From Phycisphaerae bacterium (GTDB lineage: Bacteria; Planctomycetota; Phycisphaerae; UBA1845): a stretch of 64,000 bases of DNA. Below, one piece after another: positions 10,817 through 20,851 of this stretch (position 1 is its first letter; every line of letters begins with the position of its first letter). The notes under the pieces were generated by a model, which worked only from the letters and a program-made list of their open reading frames with translations, had not been told where the DNA came from and ran no database searches. The stretch spans positions 448,001-512,000 of the forward strand of contig CAXXGO010000006.1 of the NCBI GenBank assembly GCA_963666835.2, in the 5' to 3' direction. A program made the position numbers and the translations under genes.

Positions 10817-11546
10817 GGAATAGACTCCTGCCTAATGACGACCTTTGTCTAGCTTGCAGCCCCCTCACTCCGGTGATGCAGCCCTCTCTCGCGTCCGGAA
10901 GCACGGACCCATCGATAACATCGACCATTCGCCCGCCTCGGTTGGGGACGCCGAGCCGGTCGCCTTCACTCACCGGGCGGCGCTCGGAATGGGGCACCTC
11001 TGGGGGAACAAGCGTTGCAGAACGAGTCCGTTTGGGGCTTGCCCGGGCGGGGCCGACGCAGCTCTATCACAGGCTCCAAGTTATAAGACCTTCCCATGCC
11101 GCCGGGCGCCGGACAGCGTGATCGGGGGACACCTCGATCCGCGTATAATGTGCCCACGGATAGCGCCGGTTGGGCTCCGTTTCCTGAGAAACCGGGGAAC
11201 GCCTGATACAGGGCCTTCGGCGAAGCGGCGTCCTATCGGTCCATGGCTGATAAGATCGCGATGCCAAGGGCTCGTATCGATGGCCGTGCGGAACGTATCT
11301 GCAGCCCCGCTGTCTTCCTTGTGTTGATAGGCGCGCGGCGGTAGAATAATGGTCTTTGCCCGGCGTACGTCCATCGGGCGCGTGCCGGTAATGTTGTCGG
11401 CCTTATCGGCCGGCGAGAAACGGACTTGGCCCGGGGGCATGGGGTGGGCCTAGAATACGTTGCCTGCCCGTGCAGGGTGTCTATTGGGCCTGTGAGCTGA
11501 ATTAAGAAACCGTGGTCCTGGATTCGTTGGAGACGGAACCTTGAAG

Positions 11547-14500
11547 ATGAGACGATCCATTGTCGCCGTGGCGTTTGCGGCTGGTGTTGTGTGTGCGGCC
11601 AGTACCTCTTCGGTGTGGGCGCAGTGTGAAACGGCGAAGGTGCATCACCCCGACGGTGCGGCGGACACGCGGTTCGGCTGGGCAACGGCAGTGAGCGGCG
11701 ACTACATGATAGTCGGAGCCCCGGATGCGGACGTGGGATCCAACTCCGAAGCCGGAAGAGCCTTCATATTCAAACATGATGGGCTCGACTGGGTGTCGTT
11801 CCAGGAATTGGAGCTTCCGCCGGTATCCGTGTTGGCCGACTCCGAGTACGGCTACTCCGTAGCGATTGATGGTGACGTTGCGGTAGTTGGGGCCCGGAAT
11901 AACGCACTCGGGGCAGGGGCTGCGTTCGCATGGCGCCGTAACGCTGCCAACGATGAGTGGGAATTCGAGGGCCGCCTATTGTCAAGCGGGAATAGCGGGA
12001 GTGACACCTGTGGTTACTCGGTTGCGGTCGATTCGTCGAGTCAAGATTGGATCGCCGTTGGTTGCCCGGGTCGGTCCGATGTGGCGATCGGTGCGGGGGC
12101 AGTGGCGATGTTTCGGTACAACAGCAGCACCGAGAAGTGGGACGAGCAGGATTCCCTGACCGCCGACGCCGCTCAAGGGGATAAGCTCGGCCGGGCGGTC
12201 GCCATGGATGGCGATTGGCTTGTCGCCGGAGCAGAGGGAACGAACGACGGTGCCGGTGCTGCCGCTGTTTTCAAGCACGACGGAACGGGCACCTGGGAAA
12301 GCGTGCAGCAACTCGTTGCCCTGACCAAGTACGGTTCCGACGACGCCCACGCCGCCGACAGCTTCGGGGCTAGTGTAGCGCTAAGAGGAGACCGAATCGC
12401 CTGCGGGGCTACCGGCTATGATGCTGATGGGGTCAGCAACACCGGCGCAGCCTACGTTTTTGCCCGCAACGGAGATGCGTGGGAGATCGAGGACCGGCTG
12501 CTGGCGGATGATCGCCTTAAGAGCGACAATTTCGGTACCTCGGTGACGGTCGAAGGAGATCGGGTTGTCGTGGGGGCGCCGAGGATTGATCTGCCTTCGG
12601 GAGACAACGCCGGCGCGGCTTATCTCTTCCGATTCAGCGAGGGCAATTGGACGCACGGACCAAGGGCTATTGCTGCGGAGCCGGCAAAGAATCAGTACTT
12701 CGGCAGTGCAGTCTCGGTTGACGGCGACTACCTGGTCGTGGGGGCGTACAAGGAGGAATCGGATACCGGGGCGGCTTTCGTTTTCGCGGTGGAGCTTGGT
12801 GACGACTGCGACGGCAGTGCGGTCCACGATGAGTGCGAGTACTACACCGGCGATATCACCGACAACAATGGGAACGGGTTCCCCGACCAGTGCGAGTGCG
12901 ACAACGACGGCCAGTGTGATGACGGACTGGATTGTACCGCGGATACGTGCAACTGGGAGACGCATCGCTGCCTGTTCACGCCGAACCCGGGGTTCTGCGC
13001 CATCGGCGGCGTCTGTTATGCGGCCGGCACGGAGAATAGCGAAAACGAGTGCCAGGTCTGCGACGAGGCCGACCCCAAAGTCTGGAGCAACAAGACCGAC
13101 GAAACCGGCTGCACGTCGGATGACAACGAGTGTACCGACGATGTCTGCCTGGCCGGCGAGTGCGAACACCGGAGCGTGCCTGACTTGACCGCGTGCGGAG
13201 ATCAGACCGCTACGTTCTGCAATGGGGCGGATTACTGCTGGCAAGGGGAGTGTGCCAACAATAATACCGCAAATGGCACCCCGTGCGATGAAAGCGCTGG
13301 GGATTGCATAAACGACCAGTGCATGAACGGCGTGTGCATTTATCCCGAAAGACTGCCGGGCACAGCATGCGGTGACAGCACCGACGACGAATGCACTGAT
13401 CCGGACACATGCCGGCCTGGCGGAATCTGCTGGCCGAACGATGAACCGGCCGGGACCGTGTGGACGGACGGCTTCGCCTGCAACGGTATCGAAACGTGCG
13501 ACGGCTCCGGAGGCAAGGTAGCCGGTGAGCCGGAGTGCGACCGGGCGGGCCTGACCTGCGAAGAGAGTGATGAAGACCCGTACTTCGTCTGTAAATGCAC
13601 AAGTGCCGCGGCGTGCAACGACGACCTGTTCTGCACGGGGGTCGAGACGTGCGAAGACGGGATCTGCGTTTCCAGCGGCGATCCGTGTCCGCCGGAAGGC
13701 GCTGAATCGAGGATCTTCTGTGTCGAAGACGCCGGGGCGTGTCACGAGTGTCTAACCGCGGCCGACTGCGCGGACGACGGAAACGACTGTACGGACGTGG
13801 AGTGCAATAGTGGAACGTGCGAGTACCCCTTCTTCCTGGAAGGTACTCCCTGCGGTAACGGTGATGACACGGAATGCAGTGCGCCGGACACGTGCGACGG
13901 GGCGGGGCTCTGCCGGCCCAACCACAAGGACGGCGACCCTTGCACCGACGACGGCAACGATTGCACGAATGACGTTTGTGATTCCGGCAAATGCGATCAT
14001 CAGAACAAGGATACCGGTACCGCCTGCGGTGATAGCACTGACACGACATGCAACGGGGCCGATACCTGCGACGGGGCCGGCAACTGCCTGGACAACTATG
14101 CGGCGGCAGAAACACCCTGTCCGGACGCGTCATTCTGCAACGGGGCCGAGACCTGCAACAGCGCCGGTGTCTGCGTTGACCGAGACGACCCGTGCGATAG
14201 GTCGGGTCTGACTTGCGATGAGGTCAACGATGTCTGCAGATGCACCGAGTCGGAAGCGTGCGACGACGACTTGTACTGCAACGGTTCCGAGGTTTGCGAC
14301 AACGGCGTGTGCGTGGCCGGAACGGCGATAGACTGCAGTGACGGAATCGGTTGCACGGTGGACGTCTGCAACGAGATCGTCAATGGGCACACCTGCTCTA
14401 ACAATCCGAGCGACGCGCTGTGCGATAACGATCTGTTCTGCGATGGGGTCGAGACCTGCGATGCCGATTTGGATTGCCAGCCCGGTACGTATCCGTGCGA

Positions 14501-15656
14501 CGACAGCGAGGTCTGCGACGAGAACAACGACATCTGCACCGGTTGCCTGGTGAACTCGGACTGCGCCCAGGACGGCGTGTTCTGCAACGGTCCTGAGATC
14601 TGCGTCGACGGGAACTGTCAACCGAGCGGGAACCCGTGTACCACAGCGCGTCCCTATTGCGATGACGCATTGGATATTTGCAGGGAGTGCCTCAGCAACA
14701 GCAATTGCAACGACGGGAAATTCTGCAACGGGACGGAAACCTGCGGGGCGGATGGGAGCTGCCTGGCCGGTACTAATCCGTGTGCGAGCGGGACGTTCTG
14801 CGATGACCGGGTCGACGCATGCCTGGAATGCCTCACGGATGAGGACTGTGACGACAACAATGCATGCACCAACGACCGCTGTCCGAATGGAGTCTGTGCC
14901 CATACGCCGTTCCCGTGGTGCGAGGACGATGACGCTGACGGCGTGATAAACGCCGACGACGAATGCCCGGACACGAACCCGTCGGCCGACGTGAATGGGG
15001 TGGGCTGTTCGTGCAGCCAGCTCGACGACGATGATGACGGCGTCGACAACTGCCGGGACGAATGCCCCGCTACGCCCGAGGGTGAAGATGCGGACTTCTT
15101 CGGCTGCTCGTGCAGTCAGCACGACGATGACGAGGACGGAGTCAACAACTGTCTGGATGAGTGCCCCGATTCGCTGGAGGGCGTGGCGGTCGATGACGAG
15201 GGCTGTTCCGATGGTCAGCGTGACAGCGATGATGACGGGGTCCCGAACTTCGTCGACTCGTGCAGCGGCACGCCGGCGGGTGCGGAGGTCGACGCAGTCG
15301 GGTGTGCTGAAAGTCAGCTCGACACCGACGAAGACGGAGTGACTGACGACATCGACGAGTGCCCCGACACGGAGGAAGACGCCGAAGTTGACGAAGTCGG
15401 CTGCGAAGTGGTCGAACCGGCAGGGAACGACAACGATAACGCGAACGACAATGACAACGCGAACGATAACGATAACACTAATGACAACGGTGACAACGCC
15501 AACGACAATGGTGAGAGTCCTGCCGAGCAACCTGTGCCCGGCGTGATTCTCCCCTGCACTCCGGGGATGTTACCTTTGCCCTTCATCGGGCTGGGGCTAC
15601 TGGCGATGCGGGTCTCAGTACGACGACGTCCCCGTACGGATCGTTGTCACCGTTAA
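11547..15656 (+). CDS. Large surface protein: FG-GAP beta-propeller, Cys-rich repeats, thrombospondin type-3-like repeats, Asn/Asp linker, C-terminal membrane anchor
   Basis: Signal peptide; repeated FGxxVAxxGDxxVVGA...GAAYVF; many CDDxxFCNGxETC units; DDDxDGVxNxxDxCP repeats; (ND)n linker; tail PCTPG-TM-RRR. Confidence 0.9.
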   Translation: MRRSIVAVAFAAGVVCAASTSSVWAQCETAKVHHPDGAADTRFGWATAVSGDYMIVGAPDADVGSNSEAGRAFIFKHDGLDWVSFQELELPPVSVLADSEYGYSVAIDGDVAVVGARNNALGAGAAFAWRRNAANDEWEFEGRLLSSGNSGSDTCGYSVAVDSSSQDWIAVGCPGRSDVAIGAGAVAMFRYNSSTEKWDEQDSLTADAAQGDKLGRAVAMDGDWLVAGAEGTNDGAGAAAVFKHDGTGTWESVQQLVALTKYGSDDAHAADSFGASVALRGDRIACGATGYDADGVSNTGAAYVFARNGDAWEIEDRLLADDRLKSDNFGTSVTVEGDRVVVGAPRIDLPSGDNAGAAYLFRFSEGNWTHGPRAIAAEPAKNQYFGSAVSVDGDYLVVGAYKEESDTGAAFVFAVELGDDCDGSAVHDECEYYTGDITDNNGNGFPDQCECDNDGQCDDGLDCTADTCNWETHRCLFTPNPGFCAIGGVCYAAGTENSENECQVCDEADPKVWSNKTDETGCTSDDNECTDDVCLAGECEHRSVPDLTACGDQTATFCNGADYCWQGECANNNTANGTPCDESAGDCINDQCMNGVCIYPERLPGTACGDSTDDECTDPDTCRPGGICWPNDEPAGTVWTDGFACNGIETCDGSGGKVAGEPECDRAGLTCEESDEDPYFVCKCTSAAACNDDLFCTGVETCEDGICVSSGDPCPPEGAESRIFCVEDAGACHECLTAADCADDGNDCTDVECNSGTCEYPFFLEGTPCGNGDDTECSAPDTCDGAGLCRPNHKDGDPCTDDGNDCTNDVCDSGKCDHQNKDTGTACGDSTDTTCNGADTCDGAGNCLDNYAAAETPCPDASFCNGAETCNSAGVCVDRDDPCDRSGLTCDEVNDVCRCTESEACDDDLYCNGSEVCDNGVCVAGTAIDCSDGIGCTVDVCNEIVNGHTCSNNPSDALCDNDLFCDGVETCDADLDCQPGTYPCDDSEVCDENNDICTGCLVNSDCAQDGVFCNGPEICVDGNCQPSGNPCTTARPYCDDALDICRECLSNSNCNDGKFCNGTETCGADGSCLAGTNPCASGTFCDDRVDACLECLTDEDCDDNNACTNDRCPNGVCAHTPFPWCEDDDADGVINADDECPDTNPSADVNGVGCSCSQLDDDDDGVDNCRDECPATPEGEDADFFGCSCSQHDDDEDGVNNCLDECPDSLEGVAVDDEGCSDGQRDSDDDGVPNFVDSCSGTPAGAEVDAVGCAESQLDTDEDGVTDDIDECPDTEEDAEVDEVGCEVVEPAGNDNDNANDNDNANDNDNTNDNGDNANDNGESPAEQPVPGVILPCTPGMLPLPFIGLGLLAMRVSVRRRPRTDRCHR

Positions 15657-15859
15657 GAACCGCTCGGTGATGTTGTAGCCGAGCCCCCCGGGGCGAGCGA
15701 CGGACGAAACCGCGGTTCCGTTCGTCGCTTGCCCCTCTTTTGTGTGCGGCCTACGGCCGGCCGAAGGCCGAAACCCGCCCTACGAGCCTTCTCCCGCAGC
15801 CAGGTAGGTCAGGCTCCGCCCAATGGTACTGACCTTTGTCAGGACGCCATGCGGGCAAC

Positions 15860-16400
15860 CGTCCCGAAGGGACTTTGGGCGCGTAGCCACGGGTGGAGCG
15901 CCTCGTTGTTCTATACATCTTTGCTGGGCGAGCGAAGCGTATCCGTCCGACTCCGCGGTGTCCCGATCCCCAGCCTGAAAGGCCGCAAGGCGCGGCTTCC
16001 TTTTCAGCGAAAGGCGTCAAGCCGGCTCGGTGTTCAGGCTGAAAGCCTGCAAGACAATAGCCGGGGGCAAGGCCGCGCAGCGGACGCCGCCCCCGGGTGG
16101 GGGCGACAATCCCAAGCACCCTGAAAGGGTGCAAGAAACGGCGTCGATAAACCCTGTGTCCGTTTCGGCTGCCCGGCTTCTTTGAGAATGCGTCAAAAGT
16201 CCATGGCGAAGCACATTCACTGGGGCTATTTGACCCGTGCAGGGTCAGGCAGGTTGCGGGGACCGGGTCCGGGGGCGGCGTCCGCTGCGCGGACTTGCCC
16301 CCGGCTACTTCATCTGAGCCCTTCGGGCTGTAGGACGCAACGCCGTTGGCGTATTCGGGCGGGACGCAGTCCGCACATCAGAGAGGACTCTCTCGTCTCG
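15860..16400. repeat. Composite palindromic repeat region (TAGCC-GGG / CCCTGAAAGGG family)
   Basis: Arms at about 16035-16135 and 16230-16330 are inverted relatives. 16141-16330 matches the reverse complement of 54535-54725, 16333-16400 matches about 55514-55582, and 15860-15900 matches the reverse complement of about 51675-51713. Confidence 0.8.
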
Positions 16401-16500
16401 CCCTGTTTGCGGTCTAGCCCGGGGGTCCTACGGTCGATAATATGGCCGGAGAGCGAAGCGTTTCGGGGTCTGACGTGCCTGGGAGCAGGTTATCGGACGG

Positions 16501-16584
16501 TTGAAAAAGTGGACTGGCTCCGAGCAGATTCCCGCTCACGGTGGCAATAGAAGCCTGCGGCGAGGTCCCTGTACCCTTTTTCAA
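16501..16584. mobile_element. 84-bp MITE-like element, copy 1
   Basis: Terminal IR TTGAAAAAG...CTTTTTCAA with internal GGACTGGCTCCGAGC and GGCGAGGT.CCTGTACCC; a same-length relative lies at 19555-19638. Confidence 0.7.
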
Positions 16585-16601
16585 GAGACTGGGCTCGGCT
16601 T

Positions 16602-17714
16602 ATGCTCAAAGTAGTGTGTGTTTGCGGTGCGCGACCGAACTTCATGAAGATCGCGCCTATCGTAGCGGCCTTGGAACGCACTAAGTCGGTCGAGACCCTG
16701 CTTGTTCATACGGGGCAGCACTACGATCAGCGAATGAGCCGGCTATTCTTCGACGAGCTGGGCATCCCCAAGCCGGATCTGAACCTTGAAGTGGGCAGCG
16801 GTTCCCACGCCGCCCAAACCGCCGAGGTGATGAAACGCTTCGAGCCGGTCTGTCTGGAGCATCGCCCCGATTGGGTCATTGTGGTGGGCGATGTGAACAG
16901 CACCTTCGCCTGCGCCATGGTTGCGGCCAAGCTGGGGATCGGCGTGGTTCACGTTGAAGCCGGCCTGCGCAGCTTCGATCGGGAGATGCCGGAAGAGATC
17001 AACCGAGTTCTGACCGACGCAATCAGCGATCTGCTCTTTGTTACCGAGCCTTCGGCCGTGGAGAACCTCCGCCGAGAGGGCGTTGCGGACGAGCGGGTAC
17101 ACTTCGTCGGCAACGTCATGATAGATACCCTGCTGCGGAGCCGGGAGCGGGCGGGGGAGTCCAAGATCCTCGCGCAGCAGGGACTGACCGCCGGGAACTA
17201 CGCGGCCGTCACCCTGCACCGCCCCAGCAATGTCGACCGAGCGGACGTGTTCGGTTCGATTCTGACGGCGTTCGAGGAAATCGCCGCCGACATGCCGATC
17301 GTCTTTCCGATCCATCCACGATCGCGCAAGAACCTGGAGACGATGGGACTATCGGAGCGGGTGGCGCGGATCAAAAATCTCCAGTTGCTCGATCCGCTCG
17401 GGTATCTCGACTTTATGAAGCTCATGGCAGAGGCGGCCGTCGTTATGACCGATTCCGGCGGGATTCAGGAAGAAACGACCATACTCAACGTGCCCTGTCT
17501 GACCCTGCGCGAGAACACGGAACGACCTGTAACCATCACGCAGGGCACGAACCGCCTGACCGGCAGTTCCACGGAGCGGATTCTGGAAGCGTATCGTGAG
17601 GTTCGCGACCGACCGCCGCGAACGACGACGATGCCGGAAATGTGGGACGGGCAGGCGGCGGAGCGAATCGTAACTCGCCTGTTGGACACGCCGCCGCCGG
17701 GCCGCGGTGGGTAG
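16602..17714 (+). CDS. wecB: UDP-N-acetylglucosamine 2-epimerase (non-hydrolysing)
   Basis: GARPNFMK, HTGQHYD, GDVNST, HVEAGLRS, MPEEINR, TDSGGIQEE and LRENTERP motifs. Confidence 0.97.
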   Translation: MLKVVCVCGARPNFMKIAPIVAALERTKSVETLLVHTGQHYDQRMSRLFFDELGIPKPDLNLEVGSGSHAAQTAEVMKRFEPVCLEHRPDWVIVVGDVNSTFACAMVAAKLGIGVVHVEAGLRSFDREMPEEINRVLTDAISDLLFVTEPSAVENLRREGVADERVHFVGNVMIDTLLRSRERAGESKILAQQGLTAGNYAAVTLHRPSNVDRADVFGSILTAFEEIAADMPIVFPIHPRSRKNLETMGLSERVARIKNLQLLDPLGYLDFMKLMAEAAVVMTDSGGIQEETTILNVPCLTLRENTERPVTITQGTNRLTGSSTERILEAYREVRDRPPRTTTMPEMWDGQAAERIVTRLLDTPPPGRGG

Positions 17715-17821
17715 GACTCCCAGTCCTCCTTCTTAAGGGAGGGGAAGAAGAAACGTGACTGCCTCTTTGCAGGCGGCACGAGTTTGTCATTGACTGAACG
17801 GATCTTGACGGGAGCTGTTCG

Positions 17822-19147
17822 ATGAAACTATCCGTGGTGGGAACCGGCTACGTGGGACTGGTCGCAGGAGCGTGCTTCTCCGATAGCGGAAACCACGTCA
17901 CCTGTGTCGACGTCGACGAGCGGAAGATCCGCATGCTGTCCAACGGGGAAATCCCTATCTATGAGCCGGGGCTGAAGGAGATCGTGGTCCGCAACGCCGG
18001 CACCGGACGACTGGAATTCACGACCGATCTGGAATCAGCGGTGTTGAAATCCAAGGTCATCTTCCTGGCCGTGGGTACCCCGCCGGCCGCCGATGGTTCC
18101 GCCGACATGACCGGGCTGTTGGACGTAGCTAAGACGATCGGCCGGACGATGGACGGCTATCGCATCGTGGTGATGAAGAGCACCGTTCCGGTCGGTACGC
18201 ACCGCAGGATCTCCGAGATAATCGCGGCCGAGACGGACCACCCTTTCGATTACGTCAGCAATCCGGAGTTTATGAAGGAAGGTGCGGCGATCGAAGACTT
18301 CACCCGCCCGGACCGCGTGGTAATCGGAGTAGATAACCCCGCGGTCGCCGAGATCATGAAGGAACTCTATGCTCCATTCATGCGCCGCGATGAGCGGATC
18401 TTCGTAATGGACCCGGCCAGCGCGGAGATGACGAAGTACGCCGCGAACGCGCTGCTGGCCACCAAGATATCGTTCATGAACGAGATCGCCGGTCTGTGCG
18501 ATAAGTTCGGGGCGGATGTCGAGCGGGTGAGGCGGGGCGTTGGGTCCGATTCGCGGATCGGCAGCGCGTTTCTGTTCCCCGGCGTGGGGTATGGAGGTTC
18601 GTGTTTTCCCAAGGATGTCAGCGCCCTGGTGTCGATGGGGCAGGCCCTGGACAGGCCGATGAGCATTGTGGAAGCCGTTCAGGAGGTCAACCAGCGGCAG
18701 CGGCGGCTCTTCGCCCGTCGGGTAATCGATTACTTTGGCGAGGCCTGCTCAAAAACCACCCTGGCCGTGTGGGGACTGGCTTTCAAGTCGCAGACGGACG
18801 ATATCCGAGAATCGCCCGCGGTGGATGGCGTGCGGATGTTTCTCGAAAGCGGGATGAAGATCCGAGCCCACGATCCGGAGGCAATGCCTAACGCGACCCG
18901 GGAGCTGGGTGCGGCGGTGGCGATGTTCAACGACGGCTACGAGGCGTTGGAGGGTGCCGATGCCCTCGTGGTTTTCACTGACTGGCCAAAATTCCGCACG
19001 CCGGACTTCGACATGATCGGCGAGAAACTCCGCCGGAAGCTCGTTTTCGACGGGCGGAACCTGTACGACCCGCGCTCGCTGGCGAAAAAGGGGTTCGAGT
19101 ATCATTGCGTGGGACGACCGTCCGTACCTTCGGGCGAAGCCGGGTAG
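17822..19147 (+). CDS. ugd: UDP-glucose 6-dehydrogenase
   Basis: GTGYVGL, KSTVPVGT, SNPEFMKEG, catalytic GYGGSCFPKD, DDIRESP. Confidence 0.96.
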   Translation: MKLSVVGTGYVGLVAGACFSDSGNHVTCVDVDERKIRMLSNGEIPIYEPGLKEIVVRNAGTGRLEFTTDLESAVLKSKVIFLAVGTPPAADGSADMTGLLDVAKTIGRTMDGYRIVVMKSTVPVGTHRRISEIIAAETDHPFDYVSNPEFMKEGAAIEDFTRPDRVVIGVDNPAVAEIMKELYAPFMRRDERIFVMDPASAEMTKYAANALLATKISFMNEIAGLCDKFGADVERVRRGVGSDSRIGSAFLFPGVGYGGSCFPKDVSALVSMGQALDRPMSIVEAVQEVNQRQRRLFARRVIDYFGEACSKTTLAVWGLAFKSQTDDIRESPAVDGVRMFLESGMKIRAHDPEAMPNATRELGAAVAMFNDGYEALEGADALVVFTDWPKFRTPDFDMIGEKLRRKLVFDGRNLYDPRSLAKKGFEYHCVGRPSVPSGEAG

Positions 19148-19554
19148 GCCGCCGTTTATCCGATAATCGAACCGGCTTGCGGCGGCTTCCGATAGGTGTC
19201 GGACCAGGGGCTTGCCGGGACCGATCGGGCGCCGCGAGATTGCGTTTGCATCACCGGCCCGCGGTATCCTAGACTCAGAAGCTGCCGAAAGCCCGGGAGA
19301 CAATCTCGGTCGGGGGAAAGAGGGTTGTGGATCGTCCGAGAAGGTAAGGCCTGCGCGGTGTGCCCTGAGACGATCTGCCGGGAGATGACAAAGTGAACCC
19401 GTTTCGAAACCTATCAGCCTGGTGCCGGATGAGTGTCAGTGGTTTGGCAACGTCGGAATGCGCTCTTTTGCTCTGCCTGTTGATCGTCGTTTGGGCCTTG
19501 TTGGCGCGAGTTCTCTCGAACGCGGGTTAATCCGGATCAGGTTCAGGAAACCGG

Positions 19555-19638
19555 TTGAAAAAGGGGACTGGCTCCGAGCCGCTTCGCCATCCCGGTGTTT
19601 GGAGACGCCTTCGGCGAGGTGCCTGTACCCTTTTTCAA
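19555..19638. mobile_element. 84-bp MITE-like element, copy 2; its end supplies the DMT stop codon
   Basis: Same termini and conserved blocks as 16501-16584; TCA at 19635-19637 is the stop of the DMT gene. Confidence 0.7.
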
Positions 19639-20576
19639 ATCGCCAGCTTGACAAGCCTCTCGACCAGCTCTTGTCCTTTCGGCGTGATAATCAGGACCCC
19701 GCCAAGCGCCAGCACAATCGAGATCAACTTGCGCCGGGTGAACTCCTCTTTCAACACGACCGTAGCCAGCACCATCGCGAAGATGACCGAAGTCTGATTC
19801 AACACGCCGGCTACCGATGCTTTGGTGTACTTGAAGCCCGCGATCCAGAATATCATCGCCAGGTAGTTGCCCAGAATAGAGGCCGACACGGTGAACTTCC
19901 ACGCCCCGGAAGGTCGAAACACCGCCCAATACTCCTTACGCTGCGACGACACCACCGCCAGCACCATCAGCACCACGGTCCCCGAGAAGATCCGCAACGT
20001 CGCGGCCCAGATCAGCGGGAACTCGTTTACGTCCAGGACCGGCTTGGCGATGACGATTCCGAAGGCCATCATCGCGATCGCGACGGCCGTCATGAACATG
20101 CCCAGAGCAATCTGGGCACGCGTCCGGTTGGCCGGCGGAGCGTGCCGTGATGAGAACAGAATACCGATGAGGATCAGCGCCGCGCCCGTGTAGTGATATG
20201 CGTTAAGCTCCTCTGAGAGGAGTATAAACGAGAATAGGATAACGAGCGGACTGTAGATGCAGTCGACGATCGAGATGAGCCCCACCCCGATCAGGTTGAG
20301 AGCCTTGAAAAAGAGCGTGTCGGCCAGGGCGATGCCGACCAACCCACTGAACATAAGCAGGATGAGGTCTTCCTGCGGGTACGCCCGCAGCGTGTCGAGC
20401 CCATCGCCCATCGCCAGCAGGGTGGCGAACAATAGAACCAGGGCGACCGAGCTTTTGAACAGGTTGAGCGGCAACGGCGAGACGTACTCCCCGCTCCGCT
20501 TGAACAGAACCAGGGCCATCGCCCAGGTGAACGCGGCCAGCAAGGCGAAAGTCTGTCCAAGAACGTCATGATCCAT
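19635..20576 (-). CDS. DMT/EamA family transporter
   Basis: About 10 TM helices in two repeats ending LLSEEL and VVLKEEF; start taken at MDHDVLG. Confidence 0.92.
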   Translation of the reverse strand: MDHDVLGQTFALLAAFTWAMALVLFKRSGEYVSPLPLNLFKSSVALVLLFATLLAMGDGLDTLRAYPQEDLILLMFSGLVGIALADTLFFKALNLIGVGLISIVDCIYSPLVILFSFILLSEELNAYHYTGAALILIGILFSSRHAPPANRTRAQIALGMFMTAVAIAMMAFGIVIAKPVLDVNEFPLIWAATLRIFSGTVVLMVLAVVSSQRKEYWAVFRPSGAWKFTVSASILGNYLAMIFWIAGFKYTKASVAGVLNQTSVIFAMVLATVVLKEEFTRRKLISIVLALGGVLIITPKGQELVERLVKLAI

Positions 20577-20644
20577 GCCCGGACTATAACGACCCGGCAA
20601 GACCCCCGACACCGGGTTTGTCAACCGGACGGGTGGCTCGTCAT

Positions 20645-20730
20645 GTAGGGCAGGTCGAGGCACGAGACCTGCCTCAATGGCGCGTGTCGCGCGACGACCA
20701 CGGCAGGTCTCGTTCCTCGACCTGCCCTAC
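20645..20730. repeat. Inverted REP-A pair (REPIN-like doublet)
   Basis: GTAGGGCAGGTCGAGGCACGAGACCTGCC at 20645-20673 and its reverse at 20702-20730. Confidence 0.9.
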
Positions 20731-20851
20731 AAAATACATGCCTCGACTACTTCGAGGCCAACGGACTGGATAATAACACGCGTGGCGTCGGTGCCGGGTT
20801 GCCAACCAACCGCCCCGGTCTACAATCGCCAAGGGAAGGAGCCGCGACCGT

